This document shows positions 28,453 through 42,139 of a stretch of DNA of 64,000 bases, one piece after another. Made by a program: the position numbers and the translations under genes. The notes below the pieces were generated by a model, which saw only the letters and a program-made list of their open reading frames with translations, was not told the DNA's origin and did not search any database. Numbering within the stretch: the first letter of the stretch is position 1; every line of letters begins with the position of its first letter. The DNA is from the human T2T-CHM13v2.0 reference genome, Homo sapiens: NCBI RefSeq assembly GCF_009914755.1, contig NC_060945.1; one strand, given 5' to 3'.

Positions 28453-29529
28453 TCACCTTACCCTTTTAAATTTATATTTTCTTTTTTTCACTTATTAAAT
28501 CCAAGAAAGAGAAACCCAGGGAGCTGGTAATCTCAGGAATTTAACACAGCATTGGTGTAATAGGAGAGCCTAGAGAGAAAGCAATGAAGACAGAGAAGTA
28601 GCAATAGCTGATTCAAAATTCTGCCGTGATGCCTGGTTTCAGCCCCACCACCTTGAAATGTTCATCAAGCATCTATTTTCATGCTTGTGCATAACAACAG
28701 CTCACAGCACCAGAGCTACAGGTTCAGATAACAACAAAGGTGATGTGGCAGCTGGATTACTCTGAGAATGAGAACATAACACACCCCCAAAGTAATAAAA
28801 TTTCTTATTAAAAGGGAAGATATCTTTAAACAACCCTTCATGTTCCCCCTGAGACTGACAGGCAATTTCAACTGTTTATTTTTATTTAGCTCTGATGAAT
28901 GCCTCTATTTCATTCAGCTTCATAATAATCTGGTGGTGCTCGCTGCTGCTGGCTCCGAGTGAAAGTGTAAGTGGAGGGCGTCATTAGAGGCATTCCATCG
29001 CATTCTTGGTGAAATTAGATTCTTTGGAAACTAAATCAAGCCTTAGTTTCATGGAGGGGAAGCTGGACAAGAGGAGAGTAATGTGCAATTGGTTGAATTA
29101 TCCCTTGCTTTCAAGGCATTAGACAAGGTCAGAAAACCAAAGTTTAAATTATATTTTCACTCATGTGTGCACTCTGTCCGTAATAACTCGTTAATGAGCA
29201 TATTGATATTTATGCCATGTCTGTTTCCTTTTAGGGATCACATTTTCATTATATTGTGGGCATACAAATACAGTGCTATTTAGTGAATTGCTTTATTCTC
29301 TCTAACTATAAGTAGATTTTAAGTACAGCCTAGCAAATAGTAAATGGGCCCAAAGAAAAAAACTATTTTTGTCTACTCTGTCCTCCCTTCTGATTCAAGT
29401 ATGTTTAGTGGAGTTTCCTAAAGCAGTGGTTCTCTACCTCTCTCCTTCTTTAGGACACACATGCAGGAGTCCAGTCCATTTGTGTGATGCCCTGCTGTCA
29501 TGCCAGTGCTGAACTGTTCATAATGGAAC

Positions 29530-30130
29530 ACAGGAATCTTGCTCATCCTCACTCAAAATCCTCCCGTGACTTCCTATCCTCAGTGAGAATAAAATCAAAA
29601 GCTTTAACCTGCCTGCTTATCTTCCACCTTCATTATAGTCTAGATGCCTTCTCCTGCCTTCTGCTGAAGCCATGCTGGCCTTCTTGCTTCTCCGGGGTGT
29701 CAAGCGTGTTCCAGCCTCTCGGCTTTTCTATTTGCATTCCTCCTTACCTGGAAACCTCTTTTCCTCTATTTTCAGATGACTTGTTTTCTTACTATATCAG
29801 GTCTCTGCTGAAATGTCATCTCCCTGGAGAACTCTCCAAAACGATCCCTTTTAAAATGGTTCATCAACCCCAAGTCATTCTTTACCTCTCACCTGATTTA
29901 TTTCTACAGGTCAGTTACCTTCATGTGAAATTGACACCTATGTGTGTGTCTGTGTGTGAATATATATGTACGTGTGTATAATTTCAATTAATCTTTTTCA
30001 AATTTTCCCAATATAAAATAAACTTTATAGGGATTTGCCTGTCTTACTCTCTACTGTAACCTCAATCTCTGGAGTAGCACCAGGCACATAATAGAGTTCT
30101 TCATGCATTTGGGAAATCATGAATGAATAA
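29530..30130 (+). mobile_element. L2 (L2a-like) 3' region
   Basis: AGAATAAAATCAAAAG, CAGGTCTCTGCTGAAATGTCATCTCC, GGCACATAATAG..TGAATGAATAA tail. Confidence 0.8.
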
Positions 30131-31768
30131 GAAAGACAGGCATGGTGCTGTGGTGGGGATGTTCTAATTATGCTGATTAGATTACCAGCCAAATACCTCT
30201 AACTCTGCCCTTCACTCTCTTATTCAAGAAAGCATATATGAACATAAATGAATGGCAGTAATAGCAGAAGAATATCCTTGAATCCTTTGCCATTTGTTCT
30301 TTTTTTAAAAACCTTGACCTCAAACTGTATTTTTTGAATTTCACTGGTAATGAGTTACTTCCAATAGTGATAGCTACATGTTCTAACATCTGTCTCAAAG
30401 ACCCCATGTTGAGAATGCAAGTGTGCCCAGATCAGGGTTCCAAACTTGTGTTCTATTCCTTTGTGAACACTTTAATTACCTTTGGATTCTTAGGAGATAT
30501 AACAACTAGCATCAAGCATCCAGCACTAGCTCATTGTGAAGCCACTAGGAAATACACAGATGAGTGAATATGCTACTCTGATTCCAAAACAAGCCGGCCA
30601 GGCTGGGTCAGCTCAGAAAAGATGTCAGTCAGTCCCCTTGTGTCTCATTAAAAGGTCTGCCTAGATCAGTGTGCTAAATTTTCCAAACGCAAGAAACCTG
30701 GGGCAATATTTCGGTTGATGCATTTGACATCTCCTTTAAGCATTTCATTCTTTGCAACCGAGTATACAAACATAATGAATAGGGTTTTTTAATGCTAAGA
30801 GAAAAAATTGTACGTAGGAAGATAAGATATTCTGGGTACAGGAGACGTTGCAGCCTTTTCTGTGCATTAGCATTGGTTCAGTGAGTACAGTACTGTGGAC
30901 ATCTGCAACAACCTTGGGTATAGGATTCTCTAGGCAGCTCTCTCAGAGCATGCAATACTCCTCTTTTCACATGCCTGGCACACGCATGTAAATGTTTGCA
31001 ATATTCAAGGAGGTGCTGCCAAGATTTGGTGACAACAGGCATTGTGGAATTGCTGATCTCACAAACCTGAAGCATTGTAAATATTGACTTAACAATAATT
31101 TGGACTGAGGTGTTACTAAACCCTGAAAGCAAAGCCCCCAAGAATTAAGGCTTGCCATAAGAGGGAGCATTTGGCACTTTACCCAAACTAAGTGTTGGTT
31201 CAGTCATATTTTTGTACTATCAAAACCTAAGTTAAATTACCACCTAATTAGATGAGTCCTCTTAGGAGCACAAGAGAAAGCAGAGATTGAGAAATCTCTG
31301 GGAAAATCCAATCATTATCACAGAGAGTGACAATGCACTTGTGTGTTTTCTTAAGAAACCAGGTTTCACACACATTTTTTGTATCAATATAGAACATTAA
31401 ATTTCTAAATTTGGTATTGCTGAGTATTACAGACATTAAGATAAACATGAGTGTGTAGCATTAAAAAATATAAAATGTGTCTGAAGCCACTGTGTCTAAA
31501 GAATGGGACATTCAATATAGTTTACATATTAATATATCTTACACCAAGGTAGCAATTCCTTCCTGGAGCACAAATGCATATGATTTGTATGCCAGGTTTT
31601 TCCTCTGAGTGTTTGATTTGATCTCCTTACATAATACTGTAATGCAAACCAGATTCATAATCATCTCAGTTCCAGCTGAAGAAACTGAGATCCACAGAAG
31701 TGAAGTGTCTTGTCCATCCACTACGTACTAAACACTGAGGCCACGGGTTAGACCCCAAGAAACATTCT

Positions 31769-32171
<403 letters not shown>

Positions 32172-32699
32172 TAGGCAGATGCATTCCACATTTCTTCCTG
32201 TTTACTCAATACATTTCTTATGTAACTTAGATGTTCCTCTTCGTCTGATTTGCGATGCTGGGTGCTTGGTGAGCATGCATATGGAGAAGAGATATCCTAC
32301 TGTTCCCACGAGCCAGGAGTGCACAGAGGCAGCTGCACCATTTACAGCCTAATTGGCAGCATCGTAGATCACAGGATGCCCAAAGTTCACTAGGAGGAGA
32401 TAAAGTTGTCAGAGAGGACCCCTGAAGAGATACATCAAATGCTTCTTCCTTCTGCCTCTCTCGATAACGATTCCGACTATGTATTACAGGTTTGGGGTTG
32501 TTATGGTGACAGGATGGGAATAACTTGGGAGGCAAAGAGAGAAAATAAGTTGCACAGAAATTCATCTTTAAATCCTTTGGATGTGAGACAGGTTTGAAAT
32601 AGTGGTAAACCTGGAGGATGTACAGGTATGCATTAGGGTGTAGAGTGAGTGTGGGCATTTTGAGGTTAAGTTTTCAAATTTTTTTATAAAGGCAAGGAT

Positions 32700-32930
32700 G
32701 TGTAGAGCCTAAGAGTGTAAATTCTGAAATTCTGACACCAGAAAGTCTTGTTTCAAAGCTAGCTTCCATCACTTACCCGCCTGTGCAATCTTGACCTGGT
32801 CACTTTACCTCTCTGGACCTGTAAAATGGTGATAATCATCACATCCATTTTATAAGCTTGTTTTGAGTATTAAATGAGTTAATGCATGGAAATAATGCCT
32901 TGTTCCCAATAAGTGGCCAATGCATTTTGG
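32700..32930 (+). mobile_element. MIR
   Basis: CCATCACTTAC..CTGTG..CTGTAAAATGGTGATAAT..ATTAAATGAGTTAATGCATG. Confidence 0.8.
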
Positions 32931-33079
32931 CTGTCCACTCTTCTGGCTTATCTACTCTTAACTTAAGTACTATGTAATAATAAAGTCAATGCACTTTTTT
33001 GCTTCTCCACTTTTACATACTATTGTAAAAAGAGTACATAAGATTATTTTGTATTTCCACTGGAGGTAGTGCAGTGTCT

Positions 33080-33300
33080 GAGACTCATGGAAGCTCTGGA
33101 GTCTTATCCAGTCCTTTCCTAACTGCATGACTTTAGGGAAGTCACCTAACTTCTCCAAGTTTCAACTTTCTCATGTGTGTATTAGAGATATTTGTAGTGG
33201 ATATCTCATAAAGTATTGCTCAAATAAGGGGTAAGCCCCCTGTAAAGTGCTTAGCACAGTGTCTGTCACCTTGTAAGTACTCAGTTGATGACGGCTGTTT
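33080..33300 (+). mobile_element. MIR
   Basis: TGACTTTAGGGAAGTCACCTAAC..TGTAAAGTGCTTAGCACAGTGTCTG. Confidence 0.75.
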
Positions 33301-33631
33301 TGATTATTCAAGGAAACTATGACTAGGGAGGTGGCAGGATACTGGGAGTGGGGTGAATTAGTCTAATAACATTATTCGCTATTCTGCCTGCAGCATCATT
33401 TTTCTTCTAGAATAAGATTTCCCACTGACTAAAGAAAGATAATATATAAATTTTTCCTTTCTCCACTCTAAAATACTATTATTAAAAGAGCTCATATAAA
33501 AAGAATGCATTTATAAAAAGAATGTCTTTATCACTCTATCATAAGTAATTCTGAATTATGATGATGATTATAGCTATGAGCACAATTAAAAATACTCAAC
33601 AACTATCACCGGTCAATAGAGAGTGAAAATT

Positions 33632-34936
33632 ACACCATATGCAAAAATAAATTCAGACTAGATTAATGACTTAAATATAAGACATGAAACTATAAAACTA
33701 CTAGAAGAAAACATAGAGGAAACAATCCAGGACACTGGTCTAGGCAAAAATATTATGGCTAAGATTGCAAAAGCAATGACAACAAAAACAAAAGTAGACA
33801 AATGAGACCATATTAAACAAAAAAACTGCACAGTAAAGGAAATAATCAACAGAGTGAAGAGACAATCTATTGATGGGAAAAAATACCTGCCAACTATTCA
33901 TCTGACAAAGGACTGTATCCAGAATACACAAGGAAGATGACTCAACACCAAAAAAGCCCAAAATAATCCCATTAAAATGTGGGCAAAGGATACGAATAGA
34001 TATTTCTCAAAAGAAGACAGACAAACGGCCAACAGGTATATGAAAAATATAATCAACATAATTAATTATTAGGAAAATACTAATCAAAACCACAATGAGA
34101 TATCATCTTACTGCAATTAGAATGGCTATCATCAAAAAGACAAAAAATAGCAAATACTGATGAGGATGAGGAGAAAGGGGAATTTTTATACACTGTTGGT
34201 GGGAATGCAAATTAGCATAACCATTATAGAAAACAGTATAGCGATTTCTCAACAAATTAAAAATAAAAATACCACACAATCCATCAATCTCACTACCAGG
34301 TATTTATCCAAAGGAAAGGAAATCAGCATGTCACCTGCACTTCCTAGTTTATTGCAGCACTATTCACAATAACCAAGATATGGAATCAACCCTCAGTGTC
34401 CAACAACAGATTAATGGGTAAATAAAATGTGGTATATATACACAGTGTAATACTATTCAGCCATAAATAAAGAATGAAATCCTGTCATTTGCAGCAACAT
34501 GGATAGAACTGGAGGTCATTATGTTAAGTAAAATAAGCCAAGCACAGAAAGTCAAACATTGCATGTTCTCACTTATATGTGGGAGCTAAGAAAGTCAATC
34601 CCATAGACAAAGAGAGTAGAATGAGAGTTACCAGAGACTGGGAAGGGAAGTGTGGAATGAAGAGAGGTTGATTAATGGGTACAAACATACAGTTGAATAG
34701 AAAGAGTAAGTTCTAGTGTTTGATAGCAGAGTAGGGTGACTATAGTTAACAACAATGTACTGTATATTTCAAAATAGTTAGAAAATATGAAATGTTACCA
34801 ACACAAAGAAACAATAAAGTTTGATGTGATAGATATTCTAAATATGCTGATTTGATCATTACGTATTGCATGCATGCATCAAAATATCAGATGTACCCCA
34901 CCAAATATTCACACTTATTACGTATCAATAAAAAAA
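33632..34936 (+). mobile_element. L1MA-type 3' end (ORF2 C-terminus plus 3'UTR), 5'-truncated
   Basis: AAACTATAAAACTACTAGAAGAAAACATAG, TTCTCAAAAGAAGAC, GAATGAAATCCTGTCATTTGCAGCAACATGGAT, ends in CAATAAAAAAA. Confidence 0.93.
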
Positions 34937-34944
34937 TGATAATC

Positions 34945-35130
34945 TGGACACAGCTTGTGCCAGAGTAAAGAAATGCTCAAAGAAGAATGGGGACACATTG
35001 GAAGGGCACAGGAGCCAACTTAAAGCAACTCTATCTGGTCAGATTTGGTACAATTTGTGCATCAAAAGAGTAATAACTGTATTATAAGATGTTGCATGAA
35101 TAAAAGTTCATGAGTACATAAAACTACTCA
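34945..35130 (+). mobile_element. L1MC-like 3'UTR fragment
   Basis: GAAGGGCACAGGAGCCAACTTAAAG..GATTTGGTACAATTTG. Confidence 0.55.
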
Positions 35131-35289
35131 TAAAAGAAAAAATAATTATAGAGTGAAAAATTATAGATATTGAAATTGATTAAAGTACAGCGTCTTTTAA
35201 ATCCCCATTACCATCAAAAGCGAAAACAAATTAAAATTTTGTGATTTCATGATCATTACTTAATAATAGTAAATTGTTAGTATGTATAA

Positions 35290-35665
35290 TGCATTATTGT
35301 TCCTAACCATTCACTGCCTTGCAAGAGGTAGAACATACTTTACTGTTTCAATAGTGCTGGGCTTGGCCATGTGACTTTTTGATCAATGGCAGGTAGTGAC
35401 AATACACTGCTTCTAAGAAGACACCTGAGTCATCTTGGTATTGCCCCTTTCTCGAGCTGCTGTCTTCCTCTATGCCAGCAGCGCACCCTAGAGAATGGTT
35501 ACACATTCATAGGGGTCATGTGGAAACCAACTGGACCAAGCCAAACCTGGCAAAATCACAGCAGACCTGCAGCCACCATGAAATGGGATCAATAAATTAA
35601 TGTTTGCTTTTGCAAATCGCTGGTATTTAAGGGTTGTTTGTTGCTGCAGCAAAAGTTGAATAATA
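35290..35665 (+). mobile_element. MLT1 (H/I-like) LTR
   Basis: GGGCTTGGCCATGTGACTT, AATAAA, GGTTGTTTGTTGCTGCAGCA. Confidence 0.7.
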
Positions 35666-35679
35666 AATACAGAGTCATT

Positions 35680-35930
35680 TATACAGAACCTGTTATGTGC
35701 CCAATATGAGAAAATACGCTTAATGCATACCCAACCCAATATTTAGTTGGCTACGCATTAAACATACTCCCTCATTTTGTCCTCTCCCTATTCCTATGGG
35801 TTAGGCACGATTATTCCTATTTGGCAGATGAGTGACAGAGTAAAAATTGTTGAATAATTTGCTACATAACTTATTAGGGATCAGTTAGGTATTCAACTCA
35901 GGACCATTTAACTCCAAAGTCTGGAGTCTT
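35680..35930 (-). mobile_element. MIR
   Basis: TTATTCCTATTTGGCAGATGAG..GGTATTCAACTCAGG..ACTCCAAAG. Confidence 0.6.
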
Positions 35931-37317
35931 AGACAACATGGTGTACTGCATTCTAAGGATGGAAATTTAGGGAAAACCCTATGTTGACTTTAAAGTGAAA
36001 TATGGGTGAATCCCAGCCATTCCATATATTTCAACCATGTAAAACAACGCACATTATATTGTCTGGCCAAATCCAAAGTAAATAATAAATGTTGACAGAC
36101 AAAAAAAATTTCTGGGAGCAAACCTTTTGAGAAACAGAATTTACTTAGGTGACTCAGACATATCAAAAATCACACTGAATCAATCCCAAATGATGTACAT
36201 TCTCACGAAGGAAAGGAGCCAGATTTTTAGTCTAACTCTTCTAGATTCTTAGCCCTGTCTCCATGGCCCTTTCTACATAAATCCTGGCCTTAAGAAAGGC
36301 TTCTGGGCCTCCTTGACTTTCTCTTCCTATCCCAGCTTTGACGATTTCTCTCCATTTGAGAAATGAATAATTCAGAATTAGAAACCCTACTTGAGTCCCA
36401 CCACTCCCCAGCCTCCCAGCTTGCTCATATCCTCATTATGGGAAAAGCTATTCCAAAAGGCAAACAGCTTTTCATAATTGTTATTTAATGGATATTGCCT
36501 GCTCCTGGGATTTCTTTCTCAGTATCTATTTGTAATTCAAAGGTCAGCGTAATACCACTGGCACACACAAGGATTCTGACAGATTTGTTCCTCCTGATTG
36601 AAATTCAGATACAGAACCCACAGTGACACAGTAGGTTTGTTTAGGAGTCTCTTCTGTGGTGTAGGTCACAGTTAGGATGAATCTGACCTCATCTTAATTC
36701 TGTGTCTTCACTAGTCACTAAGAAAACTGACCTATGAATGTGGAATATGGCCAGGAGCATTTGTTCACTAGCCTGGCATAGCAGGGATGTCAGCAAGTAG
36801 AAAAGCTAGGTCTACTATGGTTATTATCCCTCTCCTTAACTGGCCCTAATATCACCTAAATGGGTTCCTCCTAAAGGTAATTTAAGCAGAAAAAGGTGGC
36901 CCCAGAGAGTAATTTAGGCCTCATGTATGTACATATTTGCAGGATTTATATGGCAAGCTATGCTTACATTATTAATGGCAGTCTTATTTCAAGATACTAT
37001 ATATTGAAATACTATTCGACAAGAAAGCTATTTTCCAAGTAGGCATGGATGATGATTATTTATTAGTTTAAAATACATCCCTTCTTCCCATCTCACCAAA
37101 CACCACTTCCATTTCAAATAAGCTTGAAGCTCTCACACACTGCAGTTTATGCATAAAGGCTGGCTGCTTAGAAGCACTCATGGCTTGTGATACAAGGGAG
37201 TAAAATCCTACCATAAATTTCACAGTATTTATGATAGACACTTGTTTACTTCAAAAACAGAGCCAAATTAAAAATCAGAAAGGACAAATTCTAGGGCTAC
37301 CAGCATGGTTTCTATGT

Positions 37318-37362
37318 TGTGTGCTTGTGTGTCTGTGTGTGTGTGTGTGAGAGAGAAAGAGA
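37318..37362. repeat. (TG)n(AG)n microsatellite
   Basis: Direct inspection. Confidence 0.8.
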
Positions 37363-38044
37363 CTTTAGATTTTCTTCTTTCTATTTTTATTTGATAGCGT
37401 GATATTTCAAGTTCACTGTTGAGGTTATTTCCAATCAAATTGCATTCAACCCTGGAACAATGTATAGGTTGTCAGCATGGATGCCAGTGGAGGGTATAAA
37501 ACTAACTTCTATAAGGTCATCATAATTCCTCCTCCCCCAGAGAAAATCTAACAGCAATTGTGAGGACAGAGGTTCGAAAGGAGCAGTCAAGACTATTTGA
37601 AATAAAAGCTACGAGAAGAATTCAGATTTTAGAATAGAGCAAGCAAGGTCAAGGGATCAAGTTTCCGTATGAGACCCTGACCCAGATGACAGGGACCGCC
37701 TGCAACATTCTCCCACCCCCACTGCACTTTCACCCCATCAAGCCCTCAAACTGGATTGCTGATCTTTGTTCAAATAGTAGCTTACACACTGAGACTAAGA
37801 TGAGTCTGAAGCAGAGGCTAGGCGTTCTGTTTTTTAACATTAAATATATAAAGACTTTGAAAGATGTGACCAAAGAAAGCTGTCTTTTCCTGGAGCTTTT
37901 GAAAAAAAAAAATTAACAGCAACTGCAACTGCCATACAGAGTGCTTGCCATGTGACAGATAGAAGATCATTAACTATGTAGTAATCAATCATTTGCACAC
38001 ATATGTGGGTCCCCATGGGACACAACATTTATTATCCAGTTAAT

Positions 38045-38240
38045 CCTTGAAAAAGTGTCTACTCTCACTGTTTCCATTTTTTTCTTCCTGCTCTCACTTC
38101 CAAACCAATTAGATTTTCACCCTCATCATTTCTCTGTTACTGTTTTTATCAAGATCACCATGGGCACCTGTGGTAGTAAATCCAGTGGTCATTTCTCAGT
38201 ATTTATCTTTCTTGACCTATCAGCAGCATTTGATGTACTA
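38045..38240 (+). mobile_element. L2 reverse-transcriptase fragment
   Basis: Translates DFHPHH..IKIT..KSSGHFSVFIFLDLSAAFD, the L2 RT motif. Confidence 0.85.
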
Positions 38241-38589
38241 TTCTTTTCAATGATAATGAAGAATGAATGGAAACCTGAGAAGTTTCCTGGGAAATTATAT
38301 TTAGAATTCTCTTTCTGATGAAAATTGTAAAGATACGCTGGCAAAAATAGGTAGCAGAATGGGGAGGAAAAAAGAGTACATGACCAGAAATCATGGGCGT
38401 GAGATGTGTGGCTAATTAGGGCTGCAGGAAAATCACTGCAAGAGAGTGATGAGCATTGCTGTTACACTACTTTATCCTATTTGCTTGTAGGAAAATTTTA
38501 GACTCTATGGGACTATAGTTCTCCCTCTAGTGCTAATTAAATTAAAGCCATCCTCATTTTTGAAAAGGGGAGAATAATAATAGGTATGA

Positions 38590-38800
38590 TTATTAAAATT
38601 TATTATGCACTAGGCACTGATTTAAGTGACATACATACGTTAATTGATTTATTACTAGGCAATCAGGATTTGTATCCTAATTTTACAGACAGCAAACTGA
38701 GGCACAGGGAGGTCAAAAACCTTACCCAAGTTTACCCAACTAGTAAGCAATGTGCCAGGATTTGGATACTGGGAGAATAATAACCATAATTCCTAAGCCC
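38590..38800 (-). mobile_element. MIR
   Basis: TTTTACAGACAGCAAACTGAGGCACAGGGAGGTCAA. Confidence 0.8.
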
Positions 38801-38859
38801 ACAGTGTTTGTAAATACCAACATATCTACTCACTTGAAACTCCTGAGCAATATCCTATA

Positions 38860-39882
38860 AAGTTGAGACCCACAAAACTGTTAGGAGCACCAACCCTCCC
38901 AACACACAGTAAAAAAAAAAAAAAATCCATGTATAACTGTTCATTTCCCCAAAACTTAACTCCTAACAGCCTACTGTTGACCAAAGGCCTTGCCCATAAT
39001 ATAAATGATTGATTAACACAGATTTTGTATATTCTATGTATTAGATACTGTATTCTTTCAATAAAGTAAGCCAAAAAATGTGAAGAAAACCATGAGAAAA
39101 ATACATTTACAATATTGGACTATATGTACCTGTGCTGTAAGTTTACATTGTCTGTTTATAAGATGAATTGTCTGCAACTGCAGTTGCAGGCCTCAGTCTA
39201 TGGCACATATCAAGCAATTCAACTTTTTCTTGTAGTGTTGTGACATTTTTCTGCTTCTTTGGAGCACTTCCAGCATCACCAGTGGCACTCTGTATGGGTC
39301 CCATGCTGTTATTAAAGGTTTACAGTATTGCACTAAACAGGATGAAAAACACATGAGAACCATGAGAGGTCACTTTTTACTGAGGTTCACAATTTACTGA
39401 AGACAGGAATCCTCATGGGGAGATATTAGTGTCACACCATGTTTTAAGCAGATATTCGTAACACTTAAGTTCCCTGCAATAGGAAGGAGGTGGCTACAAA
39501 ATTATTACCGTAGTATAGTATGTACAAGAGTTATAATCTGCATCTTTATATTTGTTTACATTTCTCGCTATTGCAAATGGTGCCATGTATGGTCTGTAAG
39601 TGGTTGTGTAAGTTTTTATAAATTTTAACTTTTTATAATAGATTTGTATATAGTTTATGGTTGTAAGTGATAAAATAGACTAGTATCTATTTTATCATAC
39701 ATTTTATGTACTCATGACACACAACTTTTTATTAATTGTTAAAATACTTGTAGGCTATGCAATTCTTCTGTAAGCTTTTCCAAATTCTCACAAATCTCCA
39801 AAAATTTACCAATATATTGAAAAAATATTTGCATATAAGTGGACCAACCTAGTTCAAACTTGTGTTGTTCAAAGGTCAACTG
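38860..39882 (-). mobile_element. Tigger2-family non-autonomous element (Tigger2b-like, about 1 kb)
   Basis: Terminus AGTTCAAACTTGTGTTGTTCAAAGGTCAACTG+TA; AAAACTTAACT..AGCCTACTGTTGACC near the other end. Confidence 0.88.
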
Positions 39883-39958
39883 TACATGTATTGGGATTCT
39901 TTTGAGGGGAGGTAGTTTTTAAAATTTGAGTCTATTTTTAAAACTTCAGCCTACTGAT

Positions 39959-40166
39959 CAAGTGAAGGCATCAGGAAAGTGTTTCTGTAAATGGTTGCAT
40001 AGCATATATTGTAGAGTCTCTGGGCCATACAGTCACTAATGCAACCATTCCACTCTGCAATAGTGCTAAGGCAACCATAGACAATATGTAAACAAAATGG
40101 GCATGGTTGTATTTCAATAAAACTTTATTTACAAAAACTGGGGACAGAACAAATTTGGCTTATGGG
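39959..40166 (+). mobile_element. MER58A hAT-Charlie
   Basis: CCATAGACAATATGTAAAC..GGCATGG..CAATAAAACTTTATTTACAAAAAC. Confidence 0.85.
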
Positions 40167-40259
40167 ATGTAGTTTCCTGACCCTTGAATATTGTAGTAGC
40201 ATGGATGTTGTTGTGTTAAGTAATATTCTGTCTAATAAGCATAGCCCAAAGCTGTTTCA

Positions 40260-40740
40260 TGACTTTAGCAGACAATTCTACTTTGTTCCAATGTACCCAT
40301 GCTTATTTTCTTTTTTGAAAACAAAACCCATAATTTTTTAGATGGACTTATGACTGCTCAGAATAGACGGCCCCTCATCCACAACCCCTTGCAACAAGCT
40401 GTTTCCATGTGACAAGTTCTGGCCAATGAGAAATAAGTAAATGTTACATGCACATCTTCTAGGAATTATCTATAAAAGAAGATAATCTCCTCTTTCTTGT
40501 GGGTTAATATATGGATGGACTTTCTGGAGTTCCAGCAGTTACCTTGGACCACGTCACCTATAGAATAAAACCACACACAATACAGCAGAGAGATCAAAGA
40601 AAACTAAGCTCTTCAACATAGGGCACCAAGACATCCTCGATCTAGACTTCTTTTATATGCAAGAGAAATAAGCCTCTATTTTTACTAGCTTGCTACTATT
40701 TGGGTTTTCAATCACACTCAGCCTAATCTAATCTTTCCTG
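40260..40740 (+). mobile_element. MLT1 (J-like) LTR
   Basis: CCATGTGACAAGTTCTGGCCAATGAG, CTGGAGTTCCAGCAG..CTTGGACCA, GAGAAATAAGCC. Confidence 0.65.
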
Positions 40741-40829
40741 ATGCAATGACCAGGTATCAAGTACATCACTAAGTTGCACTTGTTCTAAAATATCGCAAAA
40801 TGGCAGGATGAGAAGGGGCTGGGACCTCA

Positions 40830-41000
40830 GAAAAGGGCATGGAACTTGACATTGTAAAACCTGAATCTGCCACTTCATGTGTGATCCTGGATAAGGTGCT
40901 TCAACATCACTGCTAGTTTCCTTGCCAATAAGATAGGGTTAGCTCCAGCTAATTTGCAGGTGTACTATGAAAGAAAAATGAAATAAAATATGCGAACATG
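40830..41000 (+). mobile_element. MIR
   Basis: TCTGCCACTT..TGTGTGATCCTGGATAAG..AGTTTCC. Confidence 0.55.
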
Positions 41001-41771
41001 AGAGACAATTATTTACTCCAATATTGGTAGAATATGTGTATTTAAATATGTATATAAATATGTCTGTAACTACATAATTTTTATGATAATAGGTATAAAT
41101 ATATATGCATGTATATATACATATAGAAGGACAGAAACAACACTGATGTATTAACTTTAGTTACCTTGGCAGGGTAAGAGTAAAGATAGTATGAGGGGAG
41201 ATTTTTAATTTGACCTTTATAGAGCTATGTATTTATTACAACAAATTTATTTACAAATCAAAATAACGAATGTAAATAAGCTATATATTCTTACATATAA
41301 TACATAAAATATAATGTAAATATACATAAATGTAGCTTAGTATAACACCATACAAATTTGAAGCTCATGTTTCTTGAAACTGGATATGAAAAACCATAAG
41401 AACCATCAGTTTTGGAAATAATTATTTTTTTGATCATAAGTGGAGGAAAGAATGTAGAAGGAGGAAAATTTTAGACAACTTGACCAAGGAGTACTCTTAC
41501 AAATAAGGCTGATCTGAATATATTCCAACCATGCTGTAAGATTTAAAGATTTTCTGAAGGTGCAAGATATCTTTTATCTCTCTGTACATTGACCTATACT
41601 GTTTTGTTTTAACCTGTGCTATTTCTTGCTTAAAAATCTTTTGTGTATCTGTTAACTCAAACTCCTTTGGCTTTTCAAAGCTTCTTTCAGCTCTCCCAAG
41701 CAGAATACATTTCTTCTTGAATATATATTTATATAGTCTTAGTGGCTGCATCTTACTTTGGAATAAAGTAG

Positions 41772-42016
41772 TATTTTTAGTTTAATGGGAATACCATGGA
41801 GGGTCATAAGAAGACAAAGAACAAGGAGTCTAACAGGATCCCACTAACTTCTCTGTGGAGAACAGATATAATGGGGCAAGGTCAAAAGCACAGAATCAGG
41901 GGAATTGCAATTTCTCTGGTGAGGGGTGGTGGTGACTTGGGTGATGGTGATGGTGAGACGTGGTCTGATGCTGGATATATTTTAAAGACAACTGGAAATT
42001 AATATATCTAATTATA
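41772..42016 (+). repeat. Copy 1 of a ~245-bp local direct duplication (L2-derived)
   Basis: Aligns by eye to 42618-42867. Confidence 0.95.
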
Positions 42017-42139
42017 CACTATAAATATATAAATATATCCTCCATACACGATAAACATATTTGTTTTACCATCTCATCATTATTTATTTATATACTTTTA
42101 TTCCAAAGTAAGATGGGGCCTCTAAGACATTTTCTGTTT

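Noticed and set aside
29484-29981. 165-aa ORF
   Set aside because: Lies in decayed L2 3' sequence and shows no recognisable protein features.
33632-34936. Possible active L1 ORF2
   Set aside because: 5'-truncated, with many stops and frameshifts; old L1MA-type.
41497-41751. 84-aa ATG-initiated minus ORF next to the duplication
   Set aside because: No homology recognised; composition fits decayed repeat or AT-rich sequence.
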